Shown: piece by piece, positions 40,737 through 51,726 of the stretch
Layout of the letters: each line of letters begins with the position of its first letter
How positions within the stretch are numbered: position 1 is the stretch's first letter
From: an uncultured Aliarcobacter sp.
GTDB taxonomy: Bacteria > Campylobacterota > Campylobacteria > Campylobacterales > Arcobacteraceae
Assembly: GCA_963664305.2 (NCBI GenBank)
Contig: CAXXLV010000001.1
Coordinates: 576,001 to 640,000 of the forward strand
Direction of reading: 5' to 3'
Length of the DNA stretch: 64,000 nucleotides
Program-made: the position numbers and the translations under genes
Notes under the pieces: model-generated
Seen by the model: only the letters and a program-made list of their open reading frames with translations
Told to the model about the DNA's origin: nothing
Database searches by the model: none

Positions 40737-42083
40737 ATGCATAAAAATAGGTTTACTAGGATTGGATTCATTCTTGCAGCTGCAGGAAGTGCAGTTGGAC
40801 TTGGAAATATTTGGAAGTTTCCCTATATTACAGGTGAAAATGGAGGAGGAATTTTTGTTTTAGTTTATCTTGCAACTGTATTCTTTATAGGAATGTCAAT
40901 ATTCATTGCGGAAGTTTTATTGGGAAGCCTAACAAATAAAAATGCAGTAAGTGCCATCGAAACTTTATCACCACCACAAAAGAAATATTGGAAATATACT
41001 GGTTTTACCTTTCTAACAGGTATTTTTATATTAACTTTTTATCCTGTTGTAATTGGTTGGATTTTTAACTATATGGTTGTTTCTGTAAGTTCTTTACCTA
41101 CAAGTTTTAAAGAATCAGAAAATCTTTTTATGTCTTTTCTAAAAAATGATATTTTATCTCAAATATTTTATTACACTCTTACTTGTTTACTTATTGCATA
41201 TACTATTTCAAAAGGTGTTAAAAAAGGAATTGAAAAATTAAATAATATCTTAATGCCATCTTTGATTTTTATTTTAACGATTTTACTTATTTACTCTATT
41301 CAACTTGATGGATTTTATAAAGCTATAGAGTTCATGTTTTATCCTAATTTTGAAAAATTTAAATCAAGTTCAATAATAGTTGCCGTTGGTCATGCATTTT
41401 TTACTTTATCAATTGGTATGGCTACAATCTTAACTTATGCAGCATCTCTTGATAAAAATGTAAATATTGTAAAAGCATCAATTACTGTTGTTATTATGGA
41501 TACTTTGATTGCAATTATTGCAGGTCTTATAATCTTTTCTATCATCTTTACAGCAAATCAAGAACCAGGGAAAGGTGCTGGTTTAGTATTTATTACACTT
41601 CCAGCAATTTTTAATGAAATGGGAACAATAGGAATTTGGTTAGCTCTTTTATTTTTTATTGCACTTGCATTTGCAGCTATTACATCTGCAATTTCTATAT
41701 TAGAACCAACAGTTATGTATTTAGTTGAAAGAAGAAATATGTCAAGAAAAAATGCAACTTATAGCGTAGCTTCAGTTGCTTATGTTTTAGGACTTTTAGC
41801 ACTATTATCAAATACAGATTCTTTTTCAACTAGTTTAACATTTGGTAGTAAAAATCTTTTTGATTGGTTTGACTTTATAAGTTCAGCTATATTAATGCCT
41901 ATTGGAGGAATTTTAATAGCAATATTTGTGGGATACATCCTTAATAAAGAAGTTTCAAGAAATATTCTTGTTCCTTTTATGGGTGAAAAATATTACAAAG
42001 TTTGGCTATTTACGATGAAATTTGTAGCTCCTATTTCTATTTTTGTTTTAATGTTAAATGAAATGGGAATTATTAAATTTTAA
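40737..42083 (+). CDS. Sodium-dependent transporter (NSS/SNF family)
   Basis: AAAGSAVGLGNIWKFPY signature. Confidence 0.95.
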   Translation: MHKNRFTRIGFILAAAGSAVGLGNIWKFPYITGENGGGIFVLVYLATVFFIGMSIFIAEVLLGSLTNKNAVSAIETLSPPQKKYWKYTGFTFLTGIFILTFYPVVIGWIFNYMVVSVSSLPTSFKESENLFMSFLKNDILSQIFYYTLTCLLIAYTISKGVKKGIEKLNNILMPSLIFILTILLIYSIQLDGFYKAIEFMFYPNFEKFKSSSIIVAVGHAFFTLSIGMATILTYAASLDKNVNIVKASITVVIMDTLIAIIAGLIIFSIIFTANQEPGKGAGLVFITLPAIFNEMGTIGIWLALLFFIALAFAAITSAISILEPTVMYLVERRNMSRKNATYSVASVAYVLGLLALLSNTDSFSTSLTFGSKNLFDWFDFISSAILMPIGGILIAIFVGYILNKEVSRNILVPFMGEKYYKVWLFTMKFVAPISIFVLMLNEMGIIKF

Positions 42084-42101
42084 ATAAAAGATTAGATTTT
42101 T

Positions 42102-42488
42102 CTAATCTCTTATTATTTTTATAAAAACTCCATTTTCTTTATCTTTAAAAGAGACTTCCTTTTGATTTCTTTCAAATAACTCTTTTAAAAAATTATCAGG
42201 ATAAGATGAAGCTAAGTTCTCTTTATTAAATGTCTTTAAATCTTGACATTTAAAAGTACTTCTACAAACTCTATCATCATAAATTTTCATATCTAATATG
42301 GCTGTTCCTGCATTAAATATTTGTACTTGGGTATACTCTTTATATTTAAAAATAAAACCTTTATCATAAAATTTCATTTGAGGAGTTTTTATTAAAATTG
42401 TTGCACTTGAAGTTAATTGTGGTTGATTTGAACTAAAACAACCTGTAAATAATATTAGTGAAAAAATCACAAAAAATAAATTTCTAAT
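42102..42488 (-). CDS. Hypothetical lipoprotein
   Basis: Lipobox FTGC; start uncertain (GTG 42470 in the track, ATT 42488 preferred, see findings). Confidence 0.75.
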   Translation of the reverse strand: MRNLFFVIFSLILFTGCFSSNQPQLTSSATILIKTPQMKFYDKGFIFKYKEYTQVQIFNAGTAILDMKIYDDRVCRSTFKCQDLKTFNKENLASSYPDNFLKELFERNQKEVSFKDKENGVFIKIIRD

Positions 42489-42553
42489 AGCTAATCCTTT
42501 GTTTTGAAAACTTTTACTATAATTATATCAAATTATATAATTAAAGGAATTTT

Positions 42554-43627
42554 TTGTTAGTTCATATTTGTTGTGCAGTTGATAGTCACTATTTTTTAGA
42601 AAAAATACAAGAAGAATTTCCCGATGAAAAATTAGTTGGTTACTTTTATGACCCTAATATTCATCCATATAGTGAATATAGACTTAGATATTTAGATGTA
42701 GAATACTCGTGTAAAAAATTAGGAATTCCATTACTTGAAGGTCCTTATAACCTTGAAGAATGGCTAAAAAAAGTAAAAGGGATGGAACATCTTCCTGAAA
42801 AAGGAGATAGATGTACTGTTTGTTATGATGATAGACTTGATGTGTCAGTTCAAAAAGCAATAGAACTTGGTCATGATAAATTTACAACTTCACTTTTAAT
42901 TTCACCAAAAAAATCTCAAGAAAAATTAGAAAAAATTGGAGATAAATTAACACAAGAAACAGGTGTAAATTTTATATTTAGAGATTATAGAAGTGGGAAT
43001 GGTGGACAAATTCAAGGGGAGAGAGTAAAAGAAAACTCTTTATATAGACAAAATTATTGTGGATGTTTATTTGGATTAAGTGCTCAAAGAGAGATTCAAA
43101 AAAAGATTATGGATGAAATGTTTAATCCTATTTCAAATCAAATAATGCCTGAATCAATAGAAGAAAGACTTGAACTTTATCAAAGAAGAAATGATTTAGA
43201 AGATGCAGGAGAAAAGTATAAACTTATAAAACAAAGATTTTTGAACTACAGACTATTAGGTGGGAAAGTTAGTATTGCAAAAAAAATCGTTCCTTCATAT
43301 ATTATGTGTTATTCAACTATAAATAGAAATAATACAAATGGAAGAATAGAATACACTAAAGATAGCATAAATTATCTTAATCGTGATGAAGTAAAAATCA
43401 TTGATATAGATACATTTAACCTATTTGCAGGAACTTCATATAAAGATGTAAAAGAGTTAATGTACAGACCACTTGATTTTTATAAAGAGCTAGAAATCAG
43501 AAATCTTATTATAAAAAATCCTTATGATTTGAGTGCATTGATAGTTCTTGATGAAATTATTGATGAAAAGTATGAAATAGAAATAAATGCTACAACTTAT
43601 GAAGATATAAAAGAAGAGATAATATGA
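42554..43627 (+). CDS. queH: Epoxyqueuosine reductase QueH (long form)
   Basis: LVHICCA, FYDPNIHP, RCTVCY, YRQNYCGC. Confidence 0.9.
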   Translation: MLVHICCAVDSHYFLEKIQEEFPDEKLVGYFYDPNIHPYSEYRLRYLDVEYSCKKLGIPLLEGPYNLEEWLKKVKGMEHLPEKGDRCTVCYDDRLDVSVQKAIELGHDKFTTSLLISPKKSQEKLEKIGDKLTQETGVNFIFRDYRSGNGGQIQGERVKENSLYRQNYCGCLFGLSAQREIQKKIMDEMFNPISNQIMPESIEERLELYQRRNDLEDAGEKYKLIKQRFLNYRLLGGKVSIAKKIVPSYIMCYSTINRNNTNGRIEYTKDSINYLNRDEVKIIDIDTFNLFAGTSYKDVKELMYRPLDFYKELEIRNLIIKNPYDLSALIVLDEIIDEKYEIEINATTYEDIKEEII

Positions 43628-44667
43628 AACTATTAGTTTGTGCCATGGAAGCTTCATCAAATGTTCATTTAAAAGAATTAAAAAAATATCTAAATTCTGA
43701 TGTTGAACTTGTTGGAGTTTTTGATAAAGAGTTGGGAAATCCACTTTATGATTTAACTTCATTAGCTATCATGGGATTTGTTGATGCTTTAAAAAAACTA
43801 AGATTTTTTTTCAGACTTCGAGACGAACTAGTATCATTAGCAAAAGATTGTGACAAAGTTTTGCTAATGGATAGTTCAGGATTTAATCTACCCTTAGCAA
43901 AAAAATTAAGAGAAACTTATCCAAATAAAGAGATTATTTATTATATTTTACCTCAAGCTTGGGCTTGGAAAAAAGGAAGAGTAAAAAAATTAGAAGCTTA
44001 TTGTTCAAAACTTTGTTCAATTATCCCTTTTGAGAGTGAAATTTACAATGATAAAGAGAAAATTATTTATGTAGGTCATCCTTTACTTGATGAAATAAAA
44101 GAGTTTAAAACAGAGTTTCTAGAAACAAACAAAATTGCTTTTATGCCAGGAAGTAGAAAAACAGAAATTACAAATCTCATGCCTATTTTTAAAGAATTAG
44201 TAAAAAAAATCCCAAATAAAGAGTATATTTTAATCATTCCATCAAAATTTGATGATGCTTACATAAAAAAAATTTATGGAGATATTTCAAATTTTACAAT
44301 TTCAAGAAATACACATCAAACTTTAAAAGAATGTGAATATGCGTTTATTTGCTCAGGAACAGCAACACTAGAAGCTGCACTAATTGGAACGCCATTTACA
44401 CTTTCATATATTGCAAAAAATTTTGATTTTTTTATTGGAAAAATGTTTGTTAAATTAAATTTTGTTGGACTTGCAAATATTTTCTTTGAAAAAATGGGGA
44501 AAAAACAACTCCATAGTGAATTTTTACAAGATGAAGTTACAGTAGATAATCTTTTAAAAGACTATAAAAATCTAGATAAAAAATTATTTTTTGAAAATTC
44601 AAAATCTTTAAGAGAGTATCTAAAAAATGGAAGTTCACAAAATGTAGCTCGGATAATTCAAAACTAA
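43624..44667 (+). CDS. lpxB: Lipid-A-disaccharide synthase
   Basis: PQAWAWKKGR, YVGHPL, MPGSR, SGTATLE. Confidence 0.95.
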   Translation: MKLLVCAMEASSNVHLKELKKYLNSDVELVGVFDKELGNPLYDLTSLAIMGFVDALKKLRFFFRLRDELVSLAKDCDKVLLMDSSGFNLPLAKKLRETYPNKEIIYYILPQAWAWKKGRVKKLEAYCSKLCSIIPFESEIYNDKEKIIYVGHPLLDEIKEFKTEFLETNKIAFMPGSRKTEITNLMPIFKELVKKIPNKEYILIIPSKFDDAYIKKIYGDISNFTISRNTHQTLKECEYAFICSGTATLEAALIGTPFTLSYIAKNFDFFIGKMFVKLNFVGLANIFFEKMGKKQLHSEFLQDEVTVDNLLKDYKNLDKKLFFENSKSLREYLKNGSSQNVARIIQN

Positions 44668-44673
44668 TTCTTT

Positions 44674-44685
44674 TTTAGATATAAT
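44674..44685 (+). promoter_or_regulatory. Putative internal sigma70 -10 upstream of fabZ
   Basis: TTTAGATATAAT about 33 bp before the ATG. Confidence 0.55.
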
Positions 44686-44718
44686 AATTGCCACTTAATA
44701 AAAAAATCAGGATATTAT

Positions 44719-45162
44719 ATGTTAGACATTATGCAAATTCAAGAGATTCTTCCTCATAGATACCCATTATTACTTGTGGACAGAATAACAGATATGGAAT
44801 TAAAAAAATCTATTAAAGGTTTTAAAAACATCTCTATTTCAGAACCTGCGTTTCAAGGACATTTCCCAGGTCATCCAATTTATCCAGGTGTACTTATTTT
44901 AGAAGGTATGGCTCAATGTGGTGGTGTTTTAGCACTAAAAAGTTCTGATATGACAGATGAAGAAATGAAACAAAAAGTAATCTATTTTATGAGTATTGAT
45001 AAAGCAAAATTTAGAAATCCAGTAAGACCTGGCGATAGATTAGATTATGAACTAGAAGTTGTTAGAATGAAAAGTTCTTTAATGACTTTAAATGGAAAAG
45101 CTTATGTTGACGGGAAACTAACAGCTGAAGCAGAATTAAAAGCTATGATAGTTGATAAATAG
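44719..45162 (+). CDS. fabZ: 3-hydroxyacyl-ACP dehydratase
   Basis: [26 protein letters not shown]. Confidence 0.97.
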   Translation: MLDIMQIQEILPHRYPLLLVDRITDMELKKSIKGFKNISISEPAFQGHFPGHPIYPGVLILEGMAQCGGVLALKSSDMTDEEMKQKVIYFMSIDKAKFRNPVRPGDRLDYELEVVRMKSSLMTLNGKAYVDGKLTAEAELKAMIVDK

Positions 45163-45170
45163 GCAAATAA

Positions 45171-45953
45171 ATGAATAACATTCACAAAACAGCAATAATT
45201 GAAGATGGTGCAATTTTAGGTGATAACATAACTATTGGTGCATTTACAATTATTGGAAAAGATGTAAAAATTGGTGATGGAACAATTATTGATTCGCATA
45301 CTGTAATAGATGGAAAAACTACAATTGGTAAAAATAATCATATTTTTTCTCATGCATCAATAGGAACAATTCCTCAAGATTTAAAATTCAATGGTGAAGA
45401 TGTAGAATTAATCATTGGAGACAATAATAAAATCAGAGAATACACTTTATTCAACCCAGGAACAATTGGTGGTGGTTCAATTACAAAAATTGGTAGCAAT
45501 AACTTATTCATGGGTTATGTTCACGTGGCACACGATTGTATAATTGGAGATAATTGTATTTTTGCAAATGGAGCAACACTAGCAGGTCACGTTGAATGTG
45601 ATGATTTTGTTGTTGTTGGAGGATTAACTCCAATTCATCAGTTTTGTAAAATTGGAACACAAGTTATGATTGGTGGTGCATCAGCTGTTGCTCAAGATAT
45701 TCCTCCATTTTGTTTAGCAGAAGGTAATAAAGCAGTTCTTAGAGGTTTAAACTTAACAGGTCTAAGAAGAAGATTTGACAGTAGAGAAGATATTGATGCA
45801 ATTAAACACGCTTATAGAGAACTATTTGAATCAGGTAAACCTCTACAAGATGCGGCACGTGAATTGTTTGAAAATGATAATAATAAATATGTAAAAGAAT
45901 TAGCTAGTTTTGTATTAAATACAAAAAGAGGTATTCCTTTTAACAGAAAATAA
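45171..45953 (+). CDS. lpxA: UDP-GlcNAc O-acyltransferase
   Basis: Hexapeptide repeats, PQDLKF, HVAHDC, LAGHV. Confidence 0.97.
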   Translation: MNNIHKTAIIEDGAILGDNITIGAFTIIGKDVKIGDGTIIDSHTVIDGKTTIGKNNHIFSHASIGTIPQDLKFNGEDVELIIGDNNKIREYTLFNPGTIGGGSITKIGSNNLFMGYVHVAHDCIIGDNCIFANGATLAGHVECDDFVVVGGLTPIHQFCKIGTQVMIGGASAVAQDIPPFCLAEGNKAVLRGLNLTGLRRRFDSREDIDAIKHAYRELFESGKPLQDAARELFENDNNKYVKELASFVLNTKRGIPFNRK

Positions 45954-45965
45954 AACGAGTAAAAA

Positions 45966-47183
45966 ATGAGTAAGATAATATGTGATTTTTGTGGAGCAAC
46001 AGATACAAGAGATAATCCAGTAATTGCTGGAGACAATGCTTGTATTTGTAAAGCTTGTGTAAATGCAGCTCATGAAATAATGAGTGGTAATCTTCCAGTA
46101 GAAGAAGACAAAAGCAAAAATGCTCCTGCTGCAAAAGAGATAAAAATCAAAACTCCAGCAGAATTAAAAAAGATTTTAGATGAATATGTAATTGGACAAG
46201 AAAGAGCTAAAAAAGTTCTATCAGTTGCAGTTTACAATCACTATAAAAGAATATTTAGACACAATGAAATTGATGATGATACAGAGTTAAATAAATCGAA
46301 TGTTTTATTAATTGGACCAACAGGTTCTGGAAAAACTCTTTTAGCACAAACTATTTCAAAATATTTAGATGTTCCTTTAGCAATTGCTGATGCTACAAGT
46401 TTAACAGAAGCTGGTTACGTTGGTGATGATGTTGAAAATGTTGTAACAAGACTTGTTCAAGCAGCAGATGGTGATATCAAAAAAGCAGAACGTGGAATTA
46501 TTTTTATCGATGAAGTTGATAAAGTTGCACGTATGAGTGAAAATAGAAGTATTACTAGAGATGTTTCAGGAGAAGGAGTTCAACAAGCTTTATTAAAAAT
46601 TGTTGAGGGAAGTGTTGTAAACGTTCCACCAAAAGGTGGAAGAAAACATCCTGGACAAGATGCACTTCAAGTTGATACTACAAATATTTTATTTATTTGT
46701 GGTGGAGCTTTTGATGGTTTAGAAGATATTATCAAGAAAAAACAAGGTGCAAATGTACTTGGATTTAATCAAGATAAAAAAACAAAAAATGAGCAAGATA
46801 AAATTATTTCAAAAGTTGAAACTGATGATTTAGTAAAATACGGTTTAATTCCAGAATTAATTGGAAGATTACATATGATTGCAACTTTAAATGAAATAAC
46901 AGAAGATGATATGGTTCATATTTTAACTGAACCAAAAAATGCTTTAATCAAACAATATATAAAACTTTTCCAAATGGATGGAGTAACTCTTAAATTTGAA
47001 AAAGATGCATTAAAAGAATTAGCAAAACTTGCAATTGAAAGAAAAACAGGTGCAAGAGGATTAAGATCAATTTTAGAAGATATTATGCTTGACATAATGT
47101 TTGATCTTCCAAAATATAAAAATAAAACGGTAACCATCACAAAAGAAGTTGTTCAAAAAACTGAAGAACCAAAAGTAGCATAA
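45966..47183 (+). CDS. clpX: ATP-dependent Clp protease ATPase subunit
   Basis: C4 zinc finger, [22 protein letters not shown]. Confidence 0.98.
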   Translation: MSKIICDFCGATDTRDNPVIAGDNACICKACVNAAHEIMSGNLPVEEDKSKNAPAAKEIKIKTPAELKKILDEYVIGQERAKKVLSVAVYNHYKRIFRHNEIDDDTELNKSNVLLIGPTGSGKTLLAQTISKYLDVPLAIADATSLTEAGYVGDDVENVVTRLVQAADGDIKKAERGIIFIDEVDKVARMSENRSITRDVSGEGVQQALLKIVEGSVVNVPPKGGRKHPGQDALQVDTTNILFICGGAFDGLEDIIKKKQGANVLGFNQDKKTKNEQDKIISKVETDDLVKYGLIPELIGRLHMIATLNEITEDDMVHILTEPKNALIKQYIKLFQMDGVTLKFEKDALKELAKLAIERKTGARGLRSILEDIMLDIMFDLPKYKNKTVTITKEVVQKTEEPKVA

Positions 47184-47196
47184 AAAGGATATAAAA

Positions 47197-48228
47197 GTGT
47201 TTTTAGATAAATTAATAGGTCTATTTTCAAATGATATGGCGATTGACTTAGGAACTGCTAATACAATCGTTTCTGTTAGAGGTAAAGGAATTATAATCAA
47301 TGAACCATCAGTAGTTGCAGTACAAAGTGACAGACAAGGTAAAGATAAAATTTTAGCTGTTGGTCAAGAAGCAAAACAGATGATAGGGAAAACTCCTTTA
47401 AATATTCAAGCTGTTCGTCCAATGCAAGATGGGGTTATAGCAGACTTTGAAATGACAGAAAGAATGATTAGATATTTTATTGAAAAAGCACATTCAAGAA
47501 AGTCATTTGTACGTCCTAGAATTATTATTTGTATCCCTTATGGAATAACTCAAGTTGAGAAAAAAGCTGTTGAAGAATCTGCAATGAGTGCAGGTGCAAG
47601 AGAAGTATTCTTAGTTGAAGAACCAATGGCAGCTGCAATTGGTGCTGGAATTCCAGTTTCTGATCCTTCTGGTTATGTTGTTGTTGATATTGGTGGTGGA
47701 ACAACTGAAATTGGTGTAACATCTCTTGGTGGTTTAGTTTTATGTAAATCGATTAAAGTTGCTGGAGATAAATTTGATAGATCTATTGTTGAATATGTTA
47801 GACAAAACTATAATCTATTTATTGGTGAAAGAACTGCTGAAAATATCAAAATTGAAATTGGTACAGCAATCAAACTTGATACTGAATTAAAAATGAAAGT
47901 GAAAGGAAGAGATAACTCTGGTTTACTTTCTACTATTGAATTAGGAAGTGAAGGTGTAAGAACTGCTCTTAAAGAACCATTAAAAGAGATAGTAAGTGCA
48001 ATTAAAAGTGTTCTTGAAAATATGCCTCCTGATTTAGCAAGTGATATTGTTGACAATGGTGTTATTATCACAGGTGGTGGAGCTTTAATTAGAGGATTAG
48101 ATACTTACCTTTCTGATATTATAAAACTTCCTGTAAAAATTGCTAATGAACCTTTATTATCAGTAGCATATGGAACAAGCCAAGTTCTTGATGAACCGGA
48201 ATTATTAAAACTTATTACAAATAACTAA
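47197..48228 (+). CDS. mreB: Rod shape-determining protein MreB
   Basis: IDLGTANT, DIGGGTTE, TGGGAL. Confidence 0.98.
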   Translation: MFLDKLIGLFSNDMAIDLGTANTIVSVRGKGIIINEPSVVAVQSDRQGKDKILAVGQEAKQMIGKTPLNIQAVRPMQDGVIADFEMTERMIRYFIEKAHSRKSFVRPRIIICIPYGITQVEKKAVEESAMSAGAREVFLVEEPMAAAIGAGIPVSDPSGYVVVDIGGGTTEIGVTSLGGLVLCKSIKVAGDKFDRSIVEYVRQNYNLFIGERTAENIKIEIGTAIKLDTELKMKVKGRDNSGLLSTIELGSEGVRTALKEPLKEIVSAIKSVLENMPPDLASDIVDNGVIITGGGALIRGLDTYLSDIIKLPVKIANEPLLSVAYGTSQVLDEPELLKLITNN

Positions 48229-49046
48229 TGCGTAAATTTCTCTTTATTTTTCTATTTGTAATTGCTAGTTTATCTTACCTTTTTGAGGTAGATGAACTAC
48301 TAGTTAAAAAATTTACTTTTTTTAATGACCTAAAAATTGCATATATAAATAAAGTGATAAATATCTCTACAAGTATTGAAAAACATTTTAATCAAGCATC
48401 TACAATTGACGATTTAAGAGCAGAAAACAATGAATTAAAAGAGTATAAAATTTTATACAATACAACTCAAAAACAACTTGATGCAATAAAAGAGTTTTTA
48501 GTTCATGTAGATGTAAATGAGATAAAACCAGAAATTGAACTTGTAAAAGTCCTTTCATATATAAACTTTAATGACTTTACAAAAGTTTGGTTAGATAAAG
48601 TTCCTCAAGATGATAAAATTCTAGGTTTAATAACTGAAAATAATGCGGCTGGAATCTTAGTAAATAAAAATGGTAGAAGCGTTGGTTTACTAAATGGAAA
48701 TAAAGATTGTTCATATGCTGTATTTATTGGTGAAGGGAAAAACCCTGGAATTATCACAGCAGGAAATAATCCTGATGAATTACTAATCAAATTTATTCCA
48801 ATTTGGTCTGAAATAAATAAAGGTGATGAAGTAATAACTTCTGGAATGGATAATATCTTTTTTGAAGGACTAAAAGTTGGGAAAATTGTAGAGATTACAA
48901 ATCTTCCTGATATGAAAATTGCAACTGTAAAACCATATATTAATGTACTAAAAAAGAAATATTTCTATTCATATAAAAACATAAATAACTCAAAGTTTGA
49001 AGAAAAAACTATCGAAGAAAAATCAGAGAAAGAAAAAACTAACTAA
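48228..49046 (+). CDS. mreC: Rod shape-determining protein MreC
   Basis: TM plus coiled coil, GDEVITSG..IF..G.KVG; follows mreB. Confidence 0.9.
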   Translation: MRKFLFIFLFVIASLSYLFEVDELLVKKFTFFNDLKIAYINKVINISTSIEKHFNQASTIDDLRAENNELKEYKILYNTTQKQLDAIKEFLVHVDVNEIKPEIELVKVLSYINFNDFTKVWLDKVPQDDKILGLITENNAAGILVNKNGRSVGLLNGNKDCSYAVFIGEGKNPGIITAGNNPDELLIKFIPIWSEINKGDEVITSGMDNIFFEGLKVGKIVEITNLPDMKIATVKPYINVLKKKYFYSYKNINNSKFEEKTIEEKSEKEKTN

Positions 49047-49663
49047 TAATTAGCCATTATTCTATCTACATCTCCCCAAGATAATCCATCTTTTTTCTCA
49101 CTATTTGCTTTAAACATATTATAAATATATCTTGCAAACATATCAGTTTCAAGATTTACTTTTGTACCAACTTTATATCTTTTAAAAAGTGTATTTTCTA
49201 TCGTATGAGGAATAATAGTTAACCTAAAAAAATCTTTTAAAACTTCGTTAACTGTAAGTGAAACTCCGTCTATTGTAACACTTCCTTTTGGAATAATGTA
49301 TTTTAAATATTCACTAGGTAAACTAATAAAAAAGTCTGTTGAATTTCCATTTTGTTTTATTGATTTTACAGTTCCTAAGCAATCTACATGACCTTGAACA
49401 ATATGACCTTCAAATCTATCGCCCATCATCATAGCTGGCTCCATATGCACCTCATCTTTATAGTTTTCCATTGCTAAAATAGATTGAGATTCAGGAGACA
49501 ACTCAACAGTAAATGTATCACTTGTAACTTTCACAACTGTTAAACAAGCTCCATTTATTGCAATTGAATCTCCAATTTTTGGATGATATTTTGCTTTTAA
49601 AGTTAAAAAATTGTTTTTAAAACTAACAACTTTTGCCATTTCTCTTATAAGTCCTGTAAACAC
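49043..49663 (-). CDS. ribE: Riboflavin synthase (alpha chain)
   Basis: MFTGLI N-terminus, GDSIAINGACLTV, GHIVQGHVD (called ribC in E. coli nomenclature). Confidence 0.95.
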   Translation of the reverse strand: MFTGLIREMAKVVSFKNNFLTLKAKYHPKIGDSIAINGACLTVVKVTSDTFTVELSPESQSILAMENYKDEVHMEPAMMMGDRFEGHIVQGHVDCLGTVKSIKQNGNSTDFFISLPSEYLKYIIPKGSVTIDGVSLTVNEVLKDFFRLTIIPHTIENTLFKRYKVGTKVNLETDMFARYIYNMFKANSEKKDGLSWGDVDRIMANY

Positions 49664-49684
49664 TTAAAAAACCTTTTGTTAAAA

Positions 49685-49696
49685 TTTAGGTATAAT
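49685..49696 (+). promoter_or_regulatory. Putative sigma70 -10 of mnmG
   Basis: TTTAGGTATAAT about 130 bp before the ATG. Confidence 0.55.
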
Positions 49697-49737
49697 ATCT
49701 AAAATTTGTTAAGAAGCTAATTTTAACTACTTTAAGT

Positions 49738-49781
49738 AAATTTCTTAGATAAGTGGAAGAAAACATTTATCTAAGAAATTT
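49738..49781. repeat. 15-bp perfect inverted repeat between ribE and mnmG
   Basis: AAATTTCTTAGATAA-14nt-TTATCTAAGAAATTT. Confidence 0.85.
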
Positions 49782-49825
49782 CCCAAATATAAAAATCACG
49801 AAAAAGATATATAAGGAACACTATT

Positions 49826-51700
49826 ATGGATTATGATGTAATTGTTGTTGGTGGAGGGCATGCCGGAATTGAAGCCTCACTAGCAAGTGCAAGAATGGGT
49901 AAAAAAACTCTACTAATTACTATGTTAGTAGAACAAATAGGAGCTGCAAGCTGTAACCCTGCAGTTGGAGGTTTAGCAAAAGGGCATTTAGTAAGAGAAC
50001 TTGATGCTATTGGTGGAGAAATGGGTCTTTGTACTGATTATGCAGGTATTCAATTTAGAATATTAAATGCTTCTAAAGGTGCAGCTGTTCAAGGTAGTCG
50101 TGCTCAAATAGATATGGATAAATATAGAACTTACATGAGAAAAGTTTGTCATAACACTCCAAATCTAGAAGTTTATCAAGATGAAGTAACAGCATTGTTA
50201 GTAAAAAATGAAAATGAAGTTTATGGGGTAAAAACTAAATTAACAGAACAATTTACAGCTAAAAAAGTTATTTTAACAACTGGTACATTTATGAGAGGTT
50301 TAGTTCATATTGGTGAAAACAAATATGACGCTGGACGTGCTTGGGAATTACCATCAACAACACTTTCAATTCAACTAAAAGAGTTAGGATTAAGAGTTGG
50401 AAGATTAAAAACAGGAACACCTGCAAGACTTGACGCAAATTCAATTGATTTTTCAGTAATGGACATGCATGGTGGAGATGTAAATCCAGCACCTTTTTCA
50501 TTTAGAACAGACAAATCAACGTTTTCACCGACTCAATATCCATGTTATATCACATATACAAGTGAAAAAACACATGAAATAATCAGATCAAATTTCTATA
50601 GAGCACCTTTATTTACTGGTCAAATTGAAGGATTGGGACCAAGATATTGTCCAAGTATTGAAGATAAAGTAAATAGATTTGCAGAACGAGATAGACATCA
50701 ACTATTTTTAGAACCGCAAACTTCAATGTGTACAGAATATTATATAAATGGTATGTCAACTTCACTTCCAATTGATGTTCAAAAACAGATGATTCACTCA
50801 GTTGCTGGTTTAGAAAATGCAAAAATCATCAGATATGGATATGCTATTGAATATGATTATGTTGATCCAACAGAATTACAACATACTTTAGAAACTAAAA
50901 AAGTAAAAAATCTTTACCATGCTGGGCAAATTAATGCAACAACAGGATATGAAGAAGCAGCAAGCCAAGGTCTAATGGCTGGTATTAATGCAGCTCTTGC
51001 TATTGATGAAAAAGAACCATTTATTCTTAGACGTGATGAAGCATATATTGGCGTTTTAATCGATGATTTAGTTACAAAAGGAACTAATGAACCATATAGA
51101 ATGTTTACAAGTCGTGCTGAATATAGACTTCTTTTAAGAGAAGAAAATGCTGATTTAAGATTAAGCCAATATGGACATGAGTTTGGATTAATCAATGATG
51201 AAACTATGGCAAAAGTTGAAAATAAAAGAAAAGTTTTAGCTGATGCAATTGAACTTATGGCAAATGAATGGATTACTTCTAAAAAAGAGACTTTAGAACT
51301 TCTTGAGTCAATTGGTGAAGAAAAAATCAATGATAAAGTTTTACTTGTAGATTTAATAGGAAGAAATAGTATTGATGCAGTAAAATTTGACAAGCTTGTA
51401 CCAAGTCTTGCTCAAATGGATGATTATTTAAAAGAACAAATAATTATTGAAGCAAAATATTATAGATATATTCAAAAACAACAAAAACAAATAGAAAAAA
51501 TGAAAAAAATGTTAAAAGCTTCAATTCCTAGCGAGTTTAGTTATAGAGGATTACCAGGTCTTTCAAATGAAGTAATTGAAAAGTTAGAAAAACATAGACC
51601 ACCAACACTTTTCAATGCAAGTTTAATTTCTGGAATTACACCAGCAGCTCTTGATATAATTCACTTAAACTTAAACATGTTTACAAAAAACCCTAAATAA
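49826..51700 (+). CDS. mnmG: tRNA uridine-5-carboxymethylaminomethyl synthesis enzyme (GidA)
   Basis: [42 protein letters not shown]. Confidence 0.98.
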   Translation: MDYDVIVVGGGHAGIEASLASARMGKKTLLITMLVEQIGAASCNPAVGGLAKGHLVRELDAIGGEMGLCTDYAGIQFRILNASKGAAVQGSRAQIDMDKYRTYMRKVCHNTPNLEVYQDEVTALLVKNENEVYGVKTKLTEQFTAKKVILTTGTFMRGLVHIGENKYDAGRAWELPSTTLSIQLKELGLRVGRLKTGTPARLDANSIDFSVMDMHGGDVNPAPFSFRTDKSTFSPTQYPCYITYTSEKTHEIIRSNFYRAPLFTGQIEGLGPRYCPSIEDKVNRFAERDRHQLFLEPQTSMCTEYYINGMSTSLPIDVQKQMIHSVAGLENAKIIRYGYAIEYDYVDPTELQHTLETKKVKNLYHAGQINATTGYEEAASQGLMAGINAALAIDEKEPFILRRDEAYIGVLIDDLVTKGTNEPYRMFTSRAEYRLLLREENADLRLSQYGHEFGLINDETMAKVENKRKVLADAIELMANEWITSKKETLELLESIGEEKINDKVLLVDLIGRNSIDAVKFDKLVPSLAQMDDYLKEQIIIEAKYYRYIQKQQKQIEKMKKMLKASIPSEFSYRGLPGLSNEVIEKLEKHRPPTLFNASLISGITPAALDIIHLNLNMFTKNPK

Positions 51701-51723
51701 CACTTCAAAAGAAGTGTTATTTA
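51694..51723. terminator. Probable bidirectional terminator
   Basis: TAAATAACACTTC-aaaa-GAAGTGTTATTTA between convergent genes. Confidence 0.7.
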
Positions 51724-51726
51724 TTT

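Noticed and set aside
43080..43627. C-terminal extension of QueH as a novel fusion
   Set aside because: Long QueH forms are usual in Helicobacter/Campylobacter
45966..49046. clpX without clpP and mreBC without mreD
   Set aside because: The lpxA-clpX-mreB-mreC order is the normal arrangement in this phylum
49664..49825. FMN riboswitch upstream of riboflavin synthase
   Set aside because: No RFN consensus elements; the region is too AT-rich and has only one hairpin
50914..51393. 159-aa antisense ORF inside mnmG
   Set aside because: Ser/Ile/Phe-rich mirror of the sense codons; no independent evidence
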